Shown here: in pieces, positions 49,307-58,562 of the stretch
Numbering within the stretch: position 1 is the stretch's first letter
How the letters are laid out: each line of letters opens with the position of its first letter
Assembly (NCBI GenBank): GCA_031082155.1
Contig: JAVHLL010000011.1
Location: 13,064 to 77,063, forward strand
Reading direction: 5' to 3'
DNA length: 64,000 bases
Source: Thermodesulfovibrionales bacterium
Lineage (GTDB): Bacteria > Nitrospirota > Thermodesulfovibrionia > Thermodesulfovibrionales > SM23-35
Position numbers and translations under genes: made by a program
Notes under the pieces: generated by a model
The model's input: only the letters and a program-made list of their open reading frames with translations
What the model was told of the DNA's origin: nothing
Database searches by the model: none

Positions 49307-50434
49307 ATGAAAACTGCATTCCTCTACAGTGACGATTTCGCAAGATATTCCTACGGTCCGACACATCCCCTGAAACCATACAGGTTGAAACTCACCTATG
49401 ACCTCATCGATGCCTATGGGCTTTTCTCATTGCCTGATGCCGGAGTAATCAGGGCTGAAATGGCGCAGGAAAACGATATGCTGCTTTTTCATGAGAAAGA
49501 CTATATAGAGGCCCTGAAAGCGGTTAACCATGGCGAACTGATACCGGGTGCGCAAAGTTACGGGCTCGGCCCGGGTGATAACCCTGTATTTGATGGCGTA
49601 TACGACTGGTCAAGGCTTATCACCGGAGCCTCTCTCCAGGCGGCTGACCTCGTCGCCCGTGGTGCATGCGATATAGCCTTCAATATTGGAGGCGGATTGC
49701 ATCATGCGTTGTCACAAAGAGCATCGGGCTTCTGTTACCTCAACGATCCGGTTGTTGCGATCATGTCACTGCTTAAAAAAGGAGAAAGGGTTGCATACAT
49801 TGATATCGATGCCCATCACGGTGACGGGGTGCAGGATGCTTTCTATGCAACAGACAGGGTTCTGACAATATCGATCCATGAAACAGGAACTATCCTTTTC
49901 CCCGGAACCGGATTTGAGTACGAAACAGGGACAGGAAAGGGCGAGGGTTACTCGGTGAATATTCCGATGCCGCCTACCGCTGATGACGAACTTTTTGTCT
50001 ATGCCTTTGATGAAATCGTTCCTTCCTTAATCAATACATTCAACCCCGACTTTGTTGTTACACAACTTGGTGTCGACTCATTTCACGGTGACCCTTTGGC
50101 CCATCTGAACTATACAAATAACGGATTCTGCAAGGTCGTCAGGAGAATGAAAGAGATATCTCCCAAATGGGTTGCGCTCGGCGGCGGAGGATACAATATC
50201 GCGAATGTTGCAAAAGCCTGGACACTCGCGTGGGCAATTATGAATGATATCGAGATTCCTGATAAGATTCCAGATGAGTTCCTTAGACGGCATGAGGCAG
50301 AAGGATTTCAGAGCGGTACAGTAAGGGACCCTGAGTATGCGGCAGACGGTGAACGGAAAGGGGTAATGAGCAAAGAGGTGGAGAGGGTGATCGGGGTGAT
50401 CAAAAAGAAAATATTTATAAAGATGGGCATATAA
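49307..50434 (+). CDS. Histone-deacetylase-family protein (AcuC / acetylpolyamine amidohydrolase-like)
   Basis: GGLHHA, YIDIDAHHGDGVQ and SFHGDPL motifs of class I/II deacetylases. 375 aa. Confidence 0.9.
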   Translation: MKTAFLYSDDFARYSYGPTHPLKPYRLKLTYDLIDAYGLFSLPDAGVIRAEMAQENDMLLFHEKDYIEALKAVNHGELIPGAQSYGLGPGDNPVFDGVYDWSRLITGASLQAADLVARGACDIAFNIGGGLHHALSQRASGFCYLNDPVVAIMSLLKKGERVAYIDIDAHHGDGVQDAFYATDRVLTISIHETGTILFPGTGFEYETGTGKGEGYSVNIPMPPTADDELFVYAFDEIVPSLINTFNPDFVVTQLGVDSFHGDPLAHLNYTNNGFCKVVRRMKEISPKWVALGGGGYNIANVAKAWTLAWAIMNDIEIPDKIPDEFLRRHEAEGFQSGTVRDPEYAADGERKGVMSKEVERVIGVIKKKIFIKMGI

Positions 50435-50569
50435 TGTCCTCATGCCTCTTCGTGATTATGGCGGGGAACTTAATCAAACCGTACTGCCTGCAAGGCCCAG
50501 AAAAAGTGTTCTTGAGCATGTGCAAGACCTTGAACTGGAATGATGAGCAGTGCATATGACCAATAACCA

Positions 50570-51409
50570 GTGACGAACGCTGCGGCTTCCCTGTCGATTC
50601 TGATCGCAATCTTCCTTTGGAGTTCCCTCGGCATTGTGATACGGTTTTCAGGCACAGAACTCCATCATCTCATTTTCTATTCTCTTCTCGTCGCTATTTC
50701 GATCCAGGGGATGGTCCTTACGAGGCAGGAATACAGAAAAGCACTCCCTTCGGTCAGGCAGCTCAAATACGCAGTTCTCATAGGGGTTGTGCTGCTCATC
50801 AACACGCTTACTTTCTTCTATGCATATCAGAACACCTCGATAGCGAACGCGATACTTACCCATTATACCGCCCCGATCATCGTCGCCTTTCTTGCGCCAT
50901 TCATTTTGAAAGAAGTAATCACGACAAGGGTCATTTTTGAAATTGTAATCGGATCCGCAGGCCTTTTCGTTATGCTTGACGGTTTCTCCCTGGATCAGGG
51001 ACAGATGCCGGGCATCTTGTCGGGGCTCTTGTCCGGATTTGCCTATGCACTGATTATAGTACTGGTAAGACTCTACTCTCAGCAGTTTCATGTGCTTGTA
51101 CTCTCTTTTCTCACGAACACAACGATGGCTATTCTCCTGCTGCCGTTTATTCGTTCATTTCCTGTTGAAGCTGCCTGGAGTTTCCTTTTCATGGGGATAC
51201 TGCATTCTACTATCGCCCCTCTCTTATATTACCGTGGACTAAAATATGTTTCTGCCAATAAGGCTGCTGTGCTCGGCTATCTTGAGCCTGTATGTGCAAT
51301 ATGCCTGGGGGTAGTTTTTTTGCAGGAAATACCGGGAATACGCACACTTATTGGAGGGACTTTGATTATTTTATCAGGTTACCTGACATTGAAAAAGAAG
51401 GAACAGTAA
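50570..51409 (+). CDS. EamA/DMT-family transporter
   Basis: 279 aa, about 10 TM helices with two EamA-like halves. GTG start. Confidence 0.82.
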   Translation: MTNAAASLSILIAIFLWSSLGIVIRFSGTELHHLIFYSLLVAISIQGMVLTRQEYRKALPSVRQLKYAVLIGVVLLINTLTFFYAYQNTSIANAILTHYTAPIIVAFLAPFILKEVITTRVIFEIVIGSAGLFVMLDGFSLDQGQMPGILSGLLSGFAYALIIVLVRLYSQQFHVLVLSFLTNTTMAILLLPFIRSFPVEAAWSFLFMGILHSTIAPLLYYRGLKYVSANKAAVLGYLEPVCAICLGVVFLQEIPGIRTLIGGTLIILSGYLTLKKKEQ

Positions 51410-51425
51410 AGATATGCAAAAAAAC

Positions 51426-51454
51426 TTGACATAAAAGATAGCATATGCTAACAT
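51426..51454 (+). promoter_or_regulatory. Sigma70-like promoter between convergent genes
   Basis: TTGACA (51426-51431), 17-nt spacer, TAACAT (51449-51454). Confidence 0.5.
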
Positions 51455-51460
51455 TAATCT

Positions 51461-51561
51461 CGTGGGTTCGGGTCAAACCCCGCATATCCTCTGAGTGATG
51501 AACGGGAAATCTCAGAGGTCTCCTGAGGTAGGGCAGGTCGCCTCCTGCCCTACAATTTTTT
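51461..51561 (+). ncRNA. Candidate ~100-nt small RNA (promoter to intrinsic terminator), family unknown
   Basis: Predicted TSS about 7 nt after the -10. Hairpins GGGTT/AACCC (51464-51480) and CCTCTGAG/CTCAGAGG (51488-51518). Terminator GTAGGGCAGG-TCGCCT-CCTGCCCTAC (51528-51553) plus T6 (51556-51561). No downstream gene on this strand. Confidence 0.4.
51473..51497 (+). repeat. 25-nt direct repeat, copy 1 (TCAAACCCCGCATATCCTCTGAGTG)
   Basis: Identical 25-mer found again at 51646-51670. Confidence 0.9.
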
Positions 51562-51645
51562 CGCATAACAAATTATTCCATACGGACTTTTCTCACCAAA
51601 CTGCAATCAATCCGAACAGTATCAATTGCTAATATATTTACAGGA

Positions 51646-51670
51646 TCAAACCCCGCATATCCTCTGAGTG
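51646..51670 (+). repeat. 25-nt direct repeat, copy 2 (TCAAACCCCGCATATCCTCTGAGTG)
   Basis: Identical to 51473-51497. It is followed by a different hairpin-rich tail (CTGGAATACCAG) and a TAGGGCAG motif that echoes the copy-1 terminator stem. Confidence 0.9.
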
Positions 51671-51726
51671 GGAGACTGGAATACCAGAGTGTTCCCGCTG
51701 GGCATAGGGCAGTTCAACAAACTGAC

Positions 51727-52950
51727 CTATGATTTTATAACATCCACAGGTTGTATCTTCGTTGCCCTCCGGGAAGGATAAATCCCCGCAAGTATTCCGA
51801 CTGCTATCGATGCAAAAAATGAAAAGGCATATCCTGCCGGCGAAAAGATAAAAGGCAGTTTTGCTATCAGGAAAATGAGGATGCTGGTACCCATGCTGAG
51901 GATAACGCCGAGGGTGCCGCCGCTGAATGAAATAAACGAAGCTTCAAGGAGGAACTGGAGTATGATGTCCCTCTTTCGTGAACCCACCGCTCTTCTTATT
52001 CCTATCTCGATCCGTCTCTCGTTCACGATGAGGATCATAATGGAGAGGATACCCAGCCCTCCAATAAGGAATGAAACAACTGCCGAGACCCTTCCTAGGA
52101 TTTTTATCATGTGTATGGCCTGTGTTTTGAGCGCCATGACATCCTTGAGGTCTATGACCGAGAAATCGTCTTCCTGGTCTTTCTGTATGTTATGACGTTT
52201 TCTCAGGATGTCCTCTATTTCAGCCTTTGCTAAGGGGATTGACTGTTCATTTATGACCTGCACCGAAATGCTGTTCACGTAATCCTTATTTACGAATCTC
52301 CTCAGATAGGTATTCAGGGGAACAAAAATCTGGTTGTCCTGGTCAAGTCCCGATATATCCAATCCTTTCTCTTCCATAATTCCTATGACTTCGCAGGGTA
52401 CCCTCCAGATGAGAATATGCTTGCCCATTGGGTCCTGTTTACCGAATAATTTTTCAGCAACTTTTGTTCCGATGACGGCAACTTTCGAGAGACTTGTGTT
52501 GTCCCCCTCATTGATAAACCTCCCGTGCTTTGCCCTGAAGTTCCTTATCTCTGAATAATTCGGCATAATTCCCATAACAAGGATAGATTTCAGTACAACG
52601 TTTCCATATCTTACGGGAAAATTCTTGTTGCCCGAAGACGATGCATCCTTTACCAGCCTCGAACCGTCGAGGATCGCTCCTGCGTCGTGAGTCATTAATG
52701 TTGTCGCTTCGCTCAAAAGCCTTGTGCTGCTGCCGAATCTCCGCACAATGCCGCTCCTGACGATAAGGAGGTTTTTCCCAAGTTTCTCTGCTTCGATCTG
52801 GGTCTTCTTTGCCAGAGAATCCGAGAGGTTGGATACGACAATCAGAGAGAACGTACCGAGAAAAACACCAAGGACTGCAAGCGTTGTCCTCAGCTTAAAG
52901 TTCATCAGCGAACGGATAGCTATTTTAAGATTGAGGATGATTCGTTTCAT
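51727..52950 (-). CDS. MacB/DevC-type ABC permease (FtsX family), second copy in the operon
   Basis: 407 aa. N-terminal TM helix, a periplasmic MacB-like domain and three C-terminal FtsX TM helices. Confidence 0.88.
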   Translation of the reverse strand: MKRIILNLKIAIRSLMNFKLRTTLAVLGVFLGTFSLIVVSNLSDSLAKKTQIEAEKLGKNLLIVRSGIVRRFGSSTRLLSEATTLMTHDAGAILDGSRLVKDASSSGNKNFPVRYGNVVLKSILVMGIMPNYSEIRNFRAKHGRFINEGDNTSLSKVAVIGTKVAEKLFGKQDPMGKHILIWRVPCEVIGIMEEKGLDISGLDQDNQIFVPLNTYLRRFVNKDYVNSISVQVINEQSIPLAKAEIEDILRKRHNIQKDQEDDFSVIDLKDVMALKTQAIHMIKILGRVSAVVSFLIGGLGILSIMILIVNERRIEIGIRRAVGSRKRDIILQFLLEASFISFSGGTLGVILSMGTSILIFLIAKLPFIFSPAGYAFSFFASIAVGILAGIYPSRRATKIQPVDVIKS

Positions 52951-52990
52951 TTAATAATTTACTCCAACAGTGCAAACATTGTTCATAACG

Positions 52991-53157
52991 AAGGGATATA
53001 GTTCAGTCCTTGAAAGAAGATCACGGGTAACTTTGATGAGGCCGCAGACGAAGCGGAGGGCTCAACTCTGAATTTCACAAAAACATTACAGTCCGAAAAA
53101 GCTGTAAACCATGTTACAGATAGTTTATCTTCTTTCAAGGACTGAACCATATCCCTT
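52991..53157. repeat. 31-bp inverted repeat pair (one mismatch) flanking a 105-nt core, in the permease-permease intergenic region
   Basis: 52991-53021 AAGGGATATAGTTCAGTCCTTGAAAGAAGAT versus the reverse complement of 53127-53157 AAGGGATATGGTTCAGTCCTTGAAAGAAGAT. An inner small hairpin CTGTAA-ACCATG-TTACAG lies at 53102-53119. Confidence 0.9.
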
Positions 53158-53209
53158 TACTACAATATTTTGTACAGCAACGGGTCACCATAAAGCAGTA
53201 AACCTGAAC

Positions 53210-54424
53210 TCATCCTCGTATTGCCTCTATCGGCTTCAGGTTGGCTGCCCTGTTCGCGGGCTGCAGTCCGAACCCGATGCCGACGGCCCATGAGAGTATC
53301 ATTCCGACAGCAAAGGCCTTCCATGAAAAATAGATCGGAAACTGTGCGATGTACATGAGCAGTTTTGATGAGAGAAGCGCAAGTGCCAGTCCAAAAATCC
53401 CTCCGAGTGTTGTAATTACGACCGATTCACCAAGAAACTGCAATAAAATATCATTTTTCCTGGCCCCTGCAGCCCGTCTGATACCGATCTCACGCGTCCG
53501 TTCCCTTACAGAGAGCAGAAAGAGATTTGCAAGTACAAACCCGGCTATTACAAGCGATATAACCCCTGTGACACCGAGAAATACAACGAGCGACCCGGTA
53601 AGGGCGACGAGGAATTTTATGATTTCCTTCGGGGAAATAATTGTGAAATCGTCAGGTTCCCCTTCAGGAATCCGATGTCTTCCCCGGAGAAAAGCCCTGA
53701 CTTCTTCTGCATGGATATTCAGATTTTTCTGATCATAAAACCGTATTCTGAGCGCAGAGACATAAGTTGTTTCATTCTGGAGCTTCCTCATGAGTGTGGT
53801 AATAGGGATAATTATCCTGTCGTCAAGGCGGTCACCTGCCGGTGTTGTCCCCCTTTCGGAGAGAACCCCGACAATCTGTACAGGAATTCTCCTGACCAGG
53901 ACATATTTGCCGACAGGATCAATGTCTCCGAAAAGTTCACGGGCAAGAAACTGGCCGATGAGTCCCACGTTCCTTAGCCCTTTCACGTCCTCCTCGGTGA
54001 AATCCGAACCCTGAACAACCGGCCATGTCCATGCACGGCTGTAATCACTTGTTGACCCTACGATTAATGTCTGATATTTTTTGTCCCTGTGCGAGACCGT
54101 CACATCTCTCATGGCTGTCATAGGAACGACAAGGTATGCACTGAAGAATGCCTGACGTGCAGTTTCGATGTCATCAAGTGTGATAGTTTTCATCCTCTGT
54201 CCCGTGGCGCGGGACTCTTCCCCTCCGCCAAAGACGAGTAATGCATCGGGTCCGAACATTGCAACGATTTCGAGGGCTTTTTTATAAGCGCCTTCAGTTG
54301 CGGCAACAATAACAGAAATAGATGCAATGCCAAGTGCAACACTCAGGAGACAGAAGAGTGTGCGCAGCTTGAATGCCCTGACTGCCTTCAGAGACTGGGA
54401 GATTACTTTCAGGAGTCTGTCCAT
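53210..54424 (-). CDS. MacB/DevC-type ABC permease (FtsX family), first copy in the operon
   Basis: 404 aa with the same architecture as 51727-52950 but a clearly divergent sequence. Confidence 0.88.
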   Translation of the reverse strand: MDRLLKVISQSLKAVRAFKLRTLFCLLSVALGIASISVIVAATEGAYKKALEIVAMFGPDALLVFGGGEESRATGQRMKTITLDDIETARQAFFSAYLVVPMTAMRDVTVSHRDKKYQTLIVGSTSDYSRAWTWPVVQGSDFTEEDVKGLRNVGLIGQFLARELFGDIDPVGKYVLVRRIPVQIVGVLSERGTTPAGDRLDDRIIIPITTLMRKLQNETTYVSALRIRFYDQKNLNIHAEEVRAFLRGRHRIPEGEPDDFTIISPKEIIKFLVALTGSLVVFLGVTGVISLVIAGFVLANLFLLSVRERTREIGIRRAAGARKNDILLQFLGESVVITTLGGIFGLALALLSSKLLMYIAQFPIYFSWKAFAVGMILSWAVGIGFGLQPANRAANLKPIEAIRG

Positions 54425-54429
54425 ACAGA

Positions 54430-55098
54430 TTATTCGAGAATAATCCCGTCTTTTATCTGTACAGTCCTCTGTGCGTATGCAGCGACATTCTGGTCATGGG
54501 TGATGAGTAACACTGTTTTTCCACGGGTATTCATTTCCCTGAGCAGGTTCATGATTTCTTCAGCTGTTTTACTGTCAAGCTGCCCGGTAGGTTCATCTGC
54601 GAGAAGAAGGTCAGGGTCGTTTACAAGAGCCCGTGCGATGGCAACACGCTGTTGTTCGCCTCCGGACAACTGATTCGGTTTGAATCTGATCCGCTCTTTC
54701 AGGCCGACGAGTTGCAGCAGGTCAACTGCCTGTTGCTCTCTGTTGTCTTTGTGTTTATCGACATAGAGGGTAGGGAGCAGAACATTTTCGAGGACTGTGG
54801 CATAGGGCAGAAGATAGAAATTCTGGAACACAAACCCGATATGTTCATTGCGGATGAACGAGAGTTCATCGTCGGAGAGATGGGATACCTCCTTGTCGGC
54901 AAGGACATACCGACCTGAGGTTGGTGTATCGAGACATCCGATGATATTCATGAGCGTTGTCTTCCCGGACCCCGATGTTCCCATGATTGCGACAAACTCC
55001 CTCCGCTCTAAGCGGAGATTGATGCTTTTGAGCACCTCGACCTCAATGGCCCCCGAATGAAAAGTTTTCCTGATATTTTCCATCAGACAGAGTGGCAT
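54430..55098 (-). CDS. ABC transporter ATP-binding protein (MacB/LolD-type)
   Basis: Walker [10 protein letters not shown], signature LSGGEQQR, Walker [12 protein letters not shown]. Confidence 0.93.
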   Translation of the reverse strand: MPLCLMENIRKTFHSGAIEVEVLKSINLRLERREFVAIMGTSGSGKTTLMNIIGCLDTPTSGRYVLADKEVSHLSDDELSFIRNEHIGFVFQNFYLLPYATVLENVLLPTLYVDKHKDNREQQAVDLLQLVGLKERIRFKPNQLSGGEQQRVAIARALVNDPDLLLADEPTGQLDSKTAEEIMNLLREMNTRGKTVLLITHDQNVAAYAQRTVQIKDGIILE

Positions 55099-55116
55099 GA
55101 GTAATCGCTTTCTGAT

Positions 55117-56304
55117 TTATTGTGTTTCTGGTTTTGCCGATACCGGGAGGATAAGCTTGGTGGCCAGCATATCGCTGTCACGCACACCGGAAATAACTTC
55201 GGTTGCATCCTCTCCGCGCAGACCTGTCTGTATCTCAACCTTCTCAACTTTGTTGGGAGCAGTTACTCTGTATACTACCTGCTTCCCTGTTTCAAATTTT
55301 ATGGCAGCATTAGGAACAGTAAGGACGTCTTTCTTTTCTGCAAACGCTATTTTGATATGCGTGGTCATCTCGGGCTTCAGGAATTCGGCATCATCACGGG
55401 AAACCTTCACAGTTGCAAGATAATAGACAATGTTGTCTCTGACCACAGGCTGGGGATAAATTTTTTCGATTCCCCCGTGGAAAAACTTGTCAGGATATGT
55501 ATCTACATAATAGTTGACCTGTTGTCCGATTTTTACTCTGCCTATGTCGGTCTCGTCAACATATATCCACATTTCAAGGAGGGTAGGGTCAAGCACTGTC
55601 ACCAGATTGGCAACCTGGAGTCCGGCGACGATTGTCTCGCCTTCCTGTGCGGTGACGTCGGAGACAAGGCCGTTTATGGGAGAATAAATCCGCGTATAGG
55701 TAAGTCTCGTCTCCTGCTGCTTCAACTGGGCTGCAATATCTCCAATGTTTGCCTTTGCAATATTCACCTGAGTTTTAGATTCATTCTGAAGCCTTTGAAG
55801 ATTTGCATCAGTCGCTTCAAACTGACTCCTGGCCTTATCTACACTGTCTTTCGTCGTATAATCATGTTTCAGAAGGTCAGTCTCCCGGTCATAGTTGATT
55901 TTGGCATAGTCAAGGGTCGCCTGCGCCTCGCGTATCCGATCGGGATAAGTCAATTCAACCTGTGCGAGAGTATTTTCAGCTGCAGTAAGAGAGGCTCTCT
56001 GCTGCTCGATTGCCTTCAGGATTTCTCTGTCGTCTATGATGGCAATAAGTTTTCCTGTTTGCACCCGGTCGCCGATTTTCACGTTCATTTTTACTATTGT
56101 CCCCGTAGCGCGGGCGCCTATCTTTACGACTGCACCGACCTGGGGTTTTATAATACCGGTTTCGACAATGATTCCCTGGATGGTGCCTTTTGCGACTTTG
56201 GCGGTTTCGAGTACCTCTGTTTTCGACTTTGTGAGAGTTTTATAGACAAAAACACCGCCAATAATAAGGACAATTGCTATGAGAGGAATTACGATTTTTT
56301 TCAC
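55117..56304 (-). CDS. Periplasmic adaptor (membrane fusion protein, HlyD/MacA family)
   Basis: N-terminal TM anchor, lipoyl/barrel-sandwich motifs and a long alpha-hairpin segment. 395 aa. 4-nt overlap with the TolC-family gene. Confidence 0.88.
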   Translation of the reverse strand: MKKIVIPLIAIVLIIGGVFVYKTLTKSKTEVLETAKVAKGTIQGIIVETGIIKPQVGAVVKIGARATGTIVKMNVKIGDRVQTGKLIAIIDDREILKAIEQQRASLTAAENTLAQVELTYPDRIREAQATLDYAKINYDRETDLLKHDYTTKDSVDKARSQFEATDANLQRLQNESKTQVNIAKANIGDIAAQLKQQETRLTYTRIYSPINGLVSDVTAQEGETIVAGLQVANLVTVLDPTLLEMWIYVDETDIGRVKIGQQVNYYVDTYPDKFFHGGIEKIYPQPVVRDNIVYYLATVKVSRDDAEFLKPEMTTHIKIAFAEKKDVLTVPNAAIKFETGKQVVYRVTAPNKVEKVEIQTGLRGEDATEVISGVRDSDMLATKLILPVSAKPETQ

Positions 56305-57596
56305 TTTTTCTCAATCGCAGGAACAAAGCTTTCCAGCTTCTCGATGCCGGTAACCTGTTCAAGCAAAGCTTTTGTAAGAATACGATTCAGTCTGGAACGG
56401 ATAAGCTGGTCTCTTGCATCCGCGAGCAGGCTCTCTGCCTGCACAAGGGTGGTTATGTCTCCTTTTCCGACTTTGTATTCACCGAGAGCCTGCGAATAAT
56501 TCTGTTCTGCCTGCCTGACCTGCTCACGGGCAACCAGCACCTTGCCGGTATCGGTGCGCAGGTCTTCATAAGTTTTCTGCACATCGAGTAATACCTGTCG
56601 TTTGATATCCCGGAAGTTTTCCTCTGCGATGGTTTCTTCAAATACGGATGACTTATAGGTAAAGAATTTTCCCAGCTCGAAAATATTCCAGGTTGCGGTA
56701 AGGGCAGCGGTCTTTTCTTCATCGTAAGAAGTCAAAGTTAGGGCGTCTCCGCCAAACTTTGTGTATCCTGCGCTTGCAGAAAGGAAAGGGAAGAAAGAAC
56801 TCCGCGAGATTTTGGTATTTTGAGCGGCGATCCGTACAGTGCATTCGGCCTGTTTTACCAAAGGTTTCTGGAGAGCAAGCCCTGCGAGTGCCCCTGAGTC
56901 GGGAATATCCCCTTCGATTTCAAGAGAGCCCTCAAGGTCGTAAGTGTTTTCGAGCGGTTTCCCAATGAGTGAGTTAAGCTCAGTCAATGCTTTTCTGAAG
57001 TCTCCTTCTGTCTGGATAAGGTTGAATTTAGCCTGTTCCTTTCTTACTGACACTTGAAGGACATCGCTGAGGCGTGCAACACCGAATTCATATCTTCCCT
57101 CAGCCACATCGAAATCTGTATTTGCGTCACGAAGCTGAATTGTTCTCTGCTCAACAGACTCCTGCAGGGCCATCGCAGTATAAAACGCAACCTTGACCTG
57201 GAAGGAAAGATCAAGGAAAGCTTTTCTGAGTGCTTCGTTGCTGATATCAAGGTTTAGTTTCCCGATGGTTCTGTTTGCACTCCGGTTGCCCCAGTCAAAC
57301 AGCGTATAAGAGAGGGTGAGATCATACAGCCTTGAATCAAATTCCTCAGCGTTTCTGAACAGGCGTTGGTAAGAAGCTGAAGCGTCGAGACTTGGGAAAT
57401 AGGGCGACAGGGTTGCCTTATACAGGGCTTCTGATGACCGGACGCTCAGGACAGAAGCCTTATAGGAAGGAAGGGATTCTTTTGAGAGGGAGATGGCTTC
57501 GTCCATCGTAAGCGCATGGAGAAAAGATACAGAAATCAGCATCAGGAAACTTGCAAGAGAAGTCATGCACAGCATGAAAAGCAGAGGCTTTTTCAT
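56301..57596 (-). CDS. TolC-family outer-membrane efflux protein
   Basis: Signal peptide MKKPLLFMLCMTSLASFLMLISVSFLHA and two OEP-type repeats with coiled-coil segments. ATG 57596 preferred over TTG 57629. Confidence 0.85.
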   Translation of the reverse strand: MKKPLLFMLCMTSLASFLMLISVSFLHALTMDEAISLSKESLPSYKASVLSVRSSEALYKATLSPYFPSLDASASYQRLFRNAEEFDSRLYDLTLSYTLFDWGNRSANRTIGKLNLDISNEALRKAFLDLSFQVKVAFYTAMALQESVEQRTIQLRDANTDFDVAEGRYEFGVARLSDVLQVSVRKEQAKFNLIQTEGDFRKALTELNSLIGKPLENTYDLEGSLEIEGDIPDSGALAGLALQKPLVKQAECTVRIAAQNTKISRSSFFPFLSASAGYTKFGGDALTLTSYDEEKTAALTATWNIFELGKFFTYKSSVFEETIAEENFRDIKRQVLLDVQKTYEDLRTDTGKVLVAREQVRQAEQNYSQALGEYKVGKGDITTLVQAESLLADARDQLIRSRLNRILTKALLEQVTGIEKLESFVPAIEKK

Positions 57597-57864
57597 AGAT
57601 GTTCCGTTTTTACAGTTTGCTCTTTTCAAACTTCATTGAGTTATTATAATGATCTCGTTCGATGAAGGAAAGCACAAAGAGCAACTGGCAAGGGCAATTT
57701 GAGGAGAGGAGAATTCAGCGGCAAGAAATCGTTGCAGGTAAATGTTATGCCGATGTCCTCTCATTGGTTCGAACTGCCCTGTTTCAAAAAATGAAAAATA
57801 CTGTAGACTATAATTGAATACGCTCTATAGTGTGAATCAAATAACGTGCGAGGAGGAAAACAGA

Positions 57865-58056
57865 ATGAGTATTCTCCCTGAAGGTGAATCAATAAGAAGG
57901 GCAGTCAAGTGGCTATCTGATGAGCGCATTGATAATCCTGGTGCCAGTTTGTCGAAACTGATCGGCGAGGCATGCCTGAAGTTCGATCTGCCGCCAAAGG
58001 ATGCGGAATTTCTTATGAACTTTTTTTCTGAGAAGGGTTCAGGAAAAACAGCGTGA
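57865..58056 (+). CDS. Small hypothetical protein (63 aa)
   Basis: ATG 57865 follows GAGGAGGA. MSILPEGESIRRAVKWLSDERIDNPGASLSKLIGEACLKFDLPPKDAEFLMNFF looks helical. No family recognised. Confidence 0.45.
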   Translation: MSILPEGESIRRAVKWLSDERIDNPGASLSKLIGEACLKFDLPPKDAEFLMNFFSEKGSGKTA

Positions 58057-58124
58057 GAAGCGAACGTCCTGTAACAGGAGTAAAAAGAAGAAACAGCAGT
58101 ATGTTTTTTCTATAAAGAGGGAAT

Positions 58125-58562
58125 ATGGCGAAGGCAAAGCACAGTGACGTCGTGAAAGTCCACTACGCGTGTTTTTTGGAAGAAGGTTCATTGGTAGAGA
58201 CAACGATGAATGCAGAACCCATGCAATTTACCCTGGGCAGCGGCCAGGTAATCCATGGTTTCGATGAAGCAGTGACAGGAATGAGCGAGGATGAAACAAA
58301 GACCGTCAGAGTAATGATGGATGAAGCCTTCGGCCCGCATAATGAAGAGCGGGTCATGATGATACAAAAAGAAAGACTACCGGGGAACCTCTGTTTCGAA
58401 GCAGGGAAAAAACTGCAGATTCCAACCGGAGAGGGCCAGAAAATCATTGCGTATGTTATCGATGTTACTGAATCGACTGTCACCTTGGATGTGAATCACC
58501 CGCTATCCGGGAAAAACCTCACCTTTGCTATCAAATTGGTAGAGATTTTATCGCCTGCATAA
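58125..58562 (+). CDS. slyD: FKBP-type peptidyl-prolyl cis-trans isomerase (SlyD-like, with insert-in-flap)
   Basis: VKVHYACFLEEGSLVETT...FTLGSGQVIHGFDEAVTGM and C-terminal LDVNHPLSGKNLTFAIKLVEI, typical of SlyD/FkpB-type FKBPs. Confidence 0.85.
   Translation: MAKAKHSDVVKVHYACFLEEGSLVETTMNAEPMQFTLGSGQVIHGFDEAVTGMSEDETKTVRVMMDEAFGPHNEERVMMIQKERLPGNLCFEAGKKLQIPTGEGQKIIAYVIDVTESTVTLDVNHPLSGKNLTFAIKLVEILSPA

Noticed and set aside
51461-51500. tRNA-like 3' half (GGGTTCGGGTCAAACCCC) or CRISPR repeats
   Set aside because: No cloverleaf can be drawn. Only two 25-nt repeats exist, 148 nt apart, with no cas genes, so this is neither a tRNA nor a CRISPR array. It is treated as an sRNA or repeat instead.
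51498-51632. 44-codon ORF starting inside the candidate sRNA
   Set aside because: No SD. It reads straight through the intrinsic terminator and the peptide is not protein-like.
55120-56499. 459-aa plus-strand ORF, the longest unexplained ORF in the track
   Set aside because: It is codon-aligned antisense to the adaptor (MacA-like) gene. Stops in that frame arise only from sense TTA, CTA or TCA codons, which this gene happens to avoid. The product is Cys/Phe-rich junk with no SD and no family resemblance, while the minus-strand genes are clearly real.
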